Positions 60,468-64,000 of a DNA stretch of 64,000 nucleotides are shown here, in pieces; the stretch's first letter is position 1, and each line of letters opens with the position of its first letter. Where the stretch lies: NCBI RefSeq assembly GCF_009914755.1, contig NC_060933.1. One strand, 5' to 3'. The notes below the pieces were generated by a model. The model saw only the letters and a list, made by a program, of their open reading frames with translations, was not told the origin of the DNA and searched no databases. The stretch comes from the human T2T-CHM13v2.0 reference genome, Homo sapiens. Made by a program: the position numbers and the translations under genes.

Positions 60468-62253
60468 AGGCATATATTCTGTATTATTTATGTACATATT
60501 TGCTTTTTTATCAAATATAATTGAATACACTGCAGCAATTTATTTTGGTATTATGTTTGATAAACTGTTATTATAATACATATTATAGGACCTGTAAATT
60601 TTATTTTAGGAAATTTTGTTATGATTAATTCTATATCTTTTACCACCAAAAGTGCAATGCAAATAAAAAATTTTCATTTTACATTACTTAATACATTTTC
60701 AAAAATTATGTTGATAAGGACATGAGGGGAAAAAATCCGCAGTTGTTATATAGGATTGTGAGTTATAGAGGATGTTTGGTGTCAGATGAGCATAACCATA
60801 AGTATATTCCATCTGCTGGGAAACAAATGACCTATTCTTAGAGTCTTATGTTTAATATTTGGCCATTGTAAAGAAGCAATTAGTAAAAGACACTAAATTA
60901 AAGTAAAAAACAATATTTGGATTTGATTGCTTTTATCTGAAAAAATGTAGTAGATGTTAGAAAAGTAGTGTTTGTAAGAATCTAATATTTCTAAGACTTT
61001 TTTAATGTCGAAGCTTTAAAACAGTTAGTGTAAATGCTACTAGAAAAATGAAATTTGTAGAGAAGGCAGACTGGTTTTACTATCACAGCATGTCTTTAGC
61101 ACTGGGTAAAGTTTGCTAGCCACATGTTGGGTAATTCTTGAATTTAAATACGTTGAGCCATCATGTAAATATATCTCAAGTGTCTATGCCTACTAAAGTA
61201 TCTGGGCCCAGTGCCACATACCATTCCATTTACTAACTTTGTTTTTGTAATCTTAGCATTTATGTTCTTGTTTCTTTTCTATTTGAAAAAGATAGTTATT
61301 GGAACAAGGACTTCCTTTCTAGAAGTAAAGTTTTTTTTTTACTGTCAGTTAATTAAGGGTTACCCTTGATGTAATGTTTATTGTAAACACTTTAGATTTA
61401 TTTGACATTTTAGTAAAATCAAGTGAGTTTAGAATGGAGAACAAAACTCAGGGAGATTCAGGTTCATCATGCTATATTGCATTTTATTCTTCTTTTACTG
61501 TGGTATTGAGAGTGTTTTTGGCAAGGAATCCAGGTGAGTCATAAAAGTGTTATTAGATGTTGAAACTTTTTTCTTCATAATTGAACTCCAAGAATATTCA
61601 GAGATAAAGTGGAGCTTATTGATATTGTTGGAGGTGATAATTCCTTAAGGTATACACGCCAGCCTGCAGCGATTCAGAGAGTTAGTTACAATCACGTGTA
61701 CACTATGTTCTGATAGACTGTGAGTCCATGGGAATGGATACCTCTAATGAAGTTGTGGAAGAGACTTCTGACTACTTTTCAAATAATTGCTTTAGAAATT
61801 GTTTTTGTTAATTATAATATTAGCAGTTGAATTGGCGTGGTGCTTGATATAATTTTCAATGCTTTTGCATATTTTGTATGTCTCTCCTTATGTAAGCCCT
61901 ACCACAGGCATATGAGATAGGTCATTTAAGTATCATTTCTATTTTACAAGCGAGGAATCTGAGGTTCAGACAACTGATACTACTTACTTGTGTAGTAAGG
62001 AAGTTCTAGGGACAGGATTAGAAGAAACATAACCATATGTGAAATGTCTAGCCCATTGCTTGGCATTTAGAAATTACAAAGTGAATGTTATGGACTGTTT
62101 TAGTACGTTTTTACCATCCTTATCTTCCAGTCCCTTTTGCATTATATTGTAATACTGCTTCTTTTAGAAATATATGCTATTTTTATATATAAAGCAATAT
62201 CTGAAAATAGGTATAGTGATACCTCAGTTTCATATTTATGGAACTCATATTCC

Positions 62254-62845
<592 letters not shown>

Positions 62846-63699
62846 AGAACTCACATTTTTAAGTGATTCTTGATTAATGTTTAAACATGATAATGTATGA
62901 AAAATCTAAATAGTGCTACATTGTCAGCCACCCACAAATGGTAGTTCTCTTAATTTGTATTTCTCGGATTTTTTTTTTCTGAGAAACTGAAGTTTTAATA
63001 CACTATATCATAAATTGCTACTGTAGATAAGAATATCAAGATAATTTTTACATAATTTAGTTAATATTAATAAAAAACTATATATGTTATATACCAAATA
63101 TATAGCACACTGTGTTGCATGCTGTGGTAGTAACAAAGAGGTATACTATATAGTTTTTTCCTCAAAAAGTGTAAAATATAATTGGGGAGATACATGAAAA
63201 AGTAAATAATACAAGGTTTATCATAGGCTGTACATAATTAGTTGCCAAAAGAATGCGATACATTTAGAAGAGGAGATAGATGGTCAAAGTTTGAGGAGGC
63301 TTAGCAGAGGAGACTGGAGCCAACCTGGGCCCTGTTGCCAGGATCTGAAAGCACAGAAAGAAGGGAGATATAGGACACATCAGAATTTAGAGGTAATATT
63401 GCTAATTTTCCACAGTCAGAGGTAATATCTCTTAACAGTAAGCAAACCAGACATCTTGCCTGTATTGACATATTTATTCCCAGTCTTCCGATAAAAAGAA
63501 CTCTGTTCTTTTGAGGGTATGGCTTATCCAAAGGGTATTTTATAATTTACAGTGCTTTAGAAACAAAACAATAAACCCAGGCACATACTATTTTTGGCAC
63601 ATATTTTTGATGTGTTAAATTTACATAATGAAGATAGTGTTTTAAAATTAAATAACCATTATGGGGCTTGAGAATGTGTGTGTGTGTATGAAGACTAGA

Positions 63700-63830
63700 T
63701 AATAGGATTGCTAGATCATATGATAATTCTATGTTTAACTTTTTGAGGAACTGCCAAACTGTTTTTGAAAATGGCTGCACTATTTTACAATCCCATTAGC
63801 AATGTCTGAGAGTTCCAATTTCCCTACAAA
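63700..63830 (-). mobile_element. L1M ORF2 3' fragment
   Basis: FSKTVWQFLKKLNIELSYDLAILL. Confidence 0.8.
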
Positions 63831-64000
63831 GTGTCCTTATTTTTTAACAGAGAAACATTTACATAATAGAGAAAGCAGGTGAATTTATGTTTGTTATATT
63901 TTTAAATATTACCATAGCTTAAAAAGGCAAGATATGAAACTTATAAAAATAAGACACTTTAAATGAAGTCCTTTGATGTCTATATGCCATTGAATGTCCA

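Noticed and set aside
61480-61545. Possible cryptic exon ending CAG|GTGAGT, overlapping an AP-1 motif TGAGTCA
   Set aside because: No convincing acceptor or coiled-coil-like reading frame; isolated motifs are expected by chance.

Overview
Primate (most likely human) nuclear DNA, not prokaryotic. The window is the middle of a + strand multi-exon gene. Seven GT-AG exons (4671-4809, 21153-21255, 47666-47772, 49554-49643, 50673-50873, 53766-53933, 55507-55695) splice into one stop-free frame encoding ~332 aa of coiled-coil protein ([12 protein letters not shown]...[11 protein letters not shown]). I recognise it from memory as CCDC171 (C9orf93, 9p22.3); no search was run. About 98% of the window is intron, rich in Alu, L1, L2/MIR, ERV/MaLR LTRs and a Tigger1 transposon with nested insertions. 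Nearly all ORF-track entries are repeat artefacts. I found no evidence for a new multi-gene system. The most notable observations are: (1) an L1PA that integrated as a spliced copy (SpIRE 97/976-type junction at 2343/2344); (2) a perfect 48-bp-arm hairpin 111 nt upstream of an exon acceptor; (3) a retroposed 5' half of tRNA-Gly(TCC) with target-site duplication; (4) a 5'-intact, 3'-truncated tailless L1; (5) an intact antisense LTR12C promoter; (6) several local template-switch or duplication scars. Repeat subfamily names are by-eye matches to remembered consensus sequences, and their boundaries are approximate unless a TSD is given.
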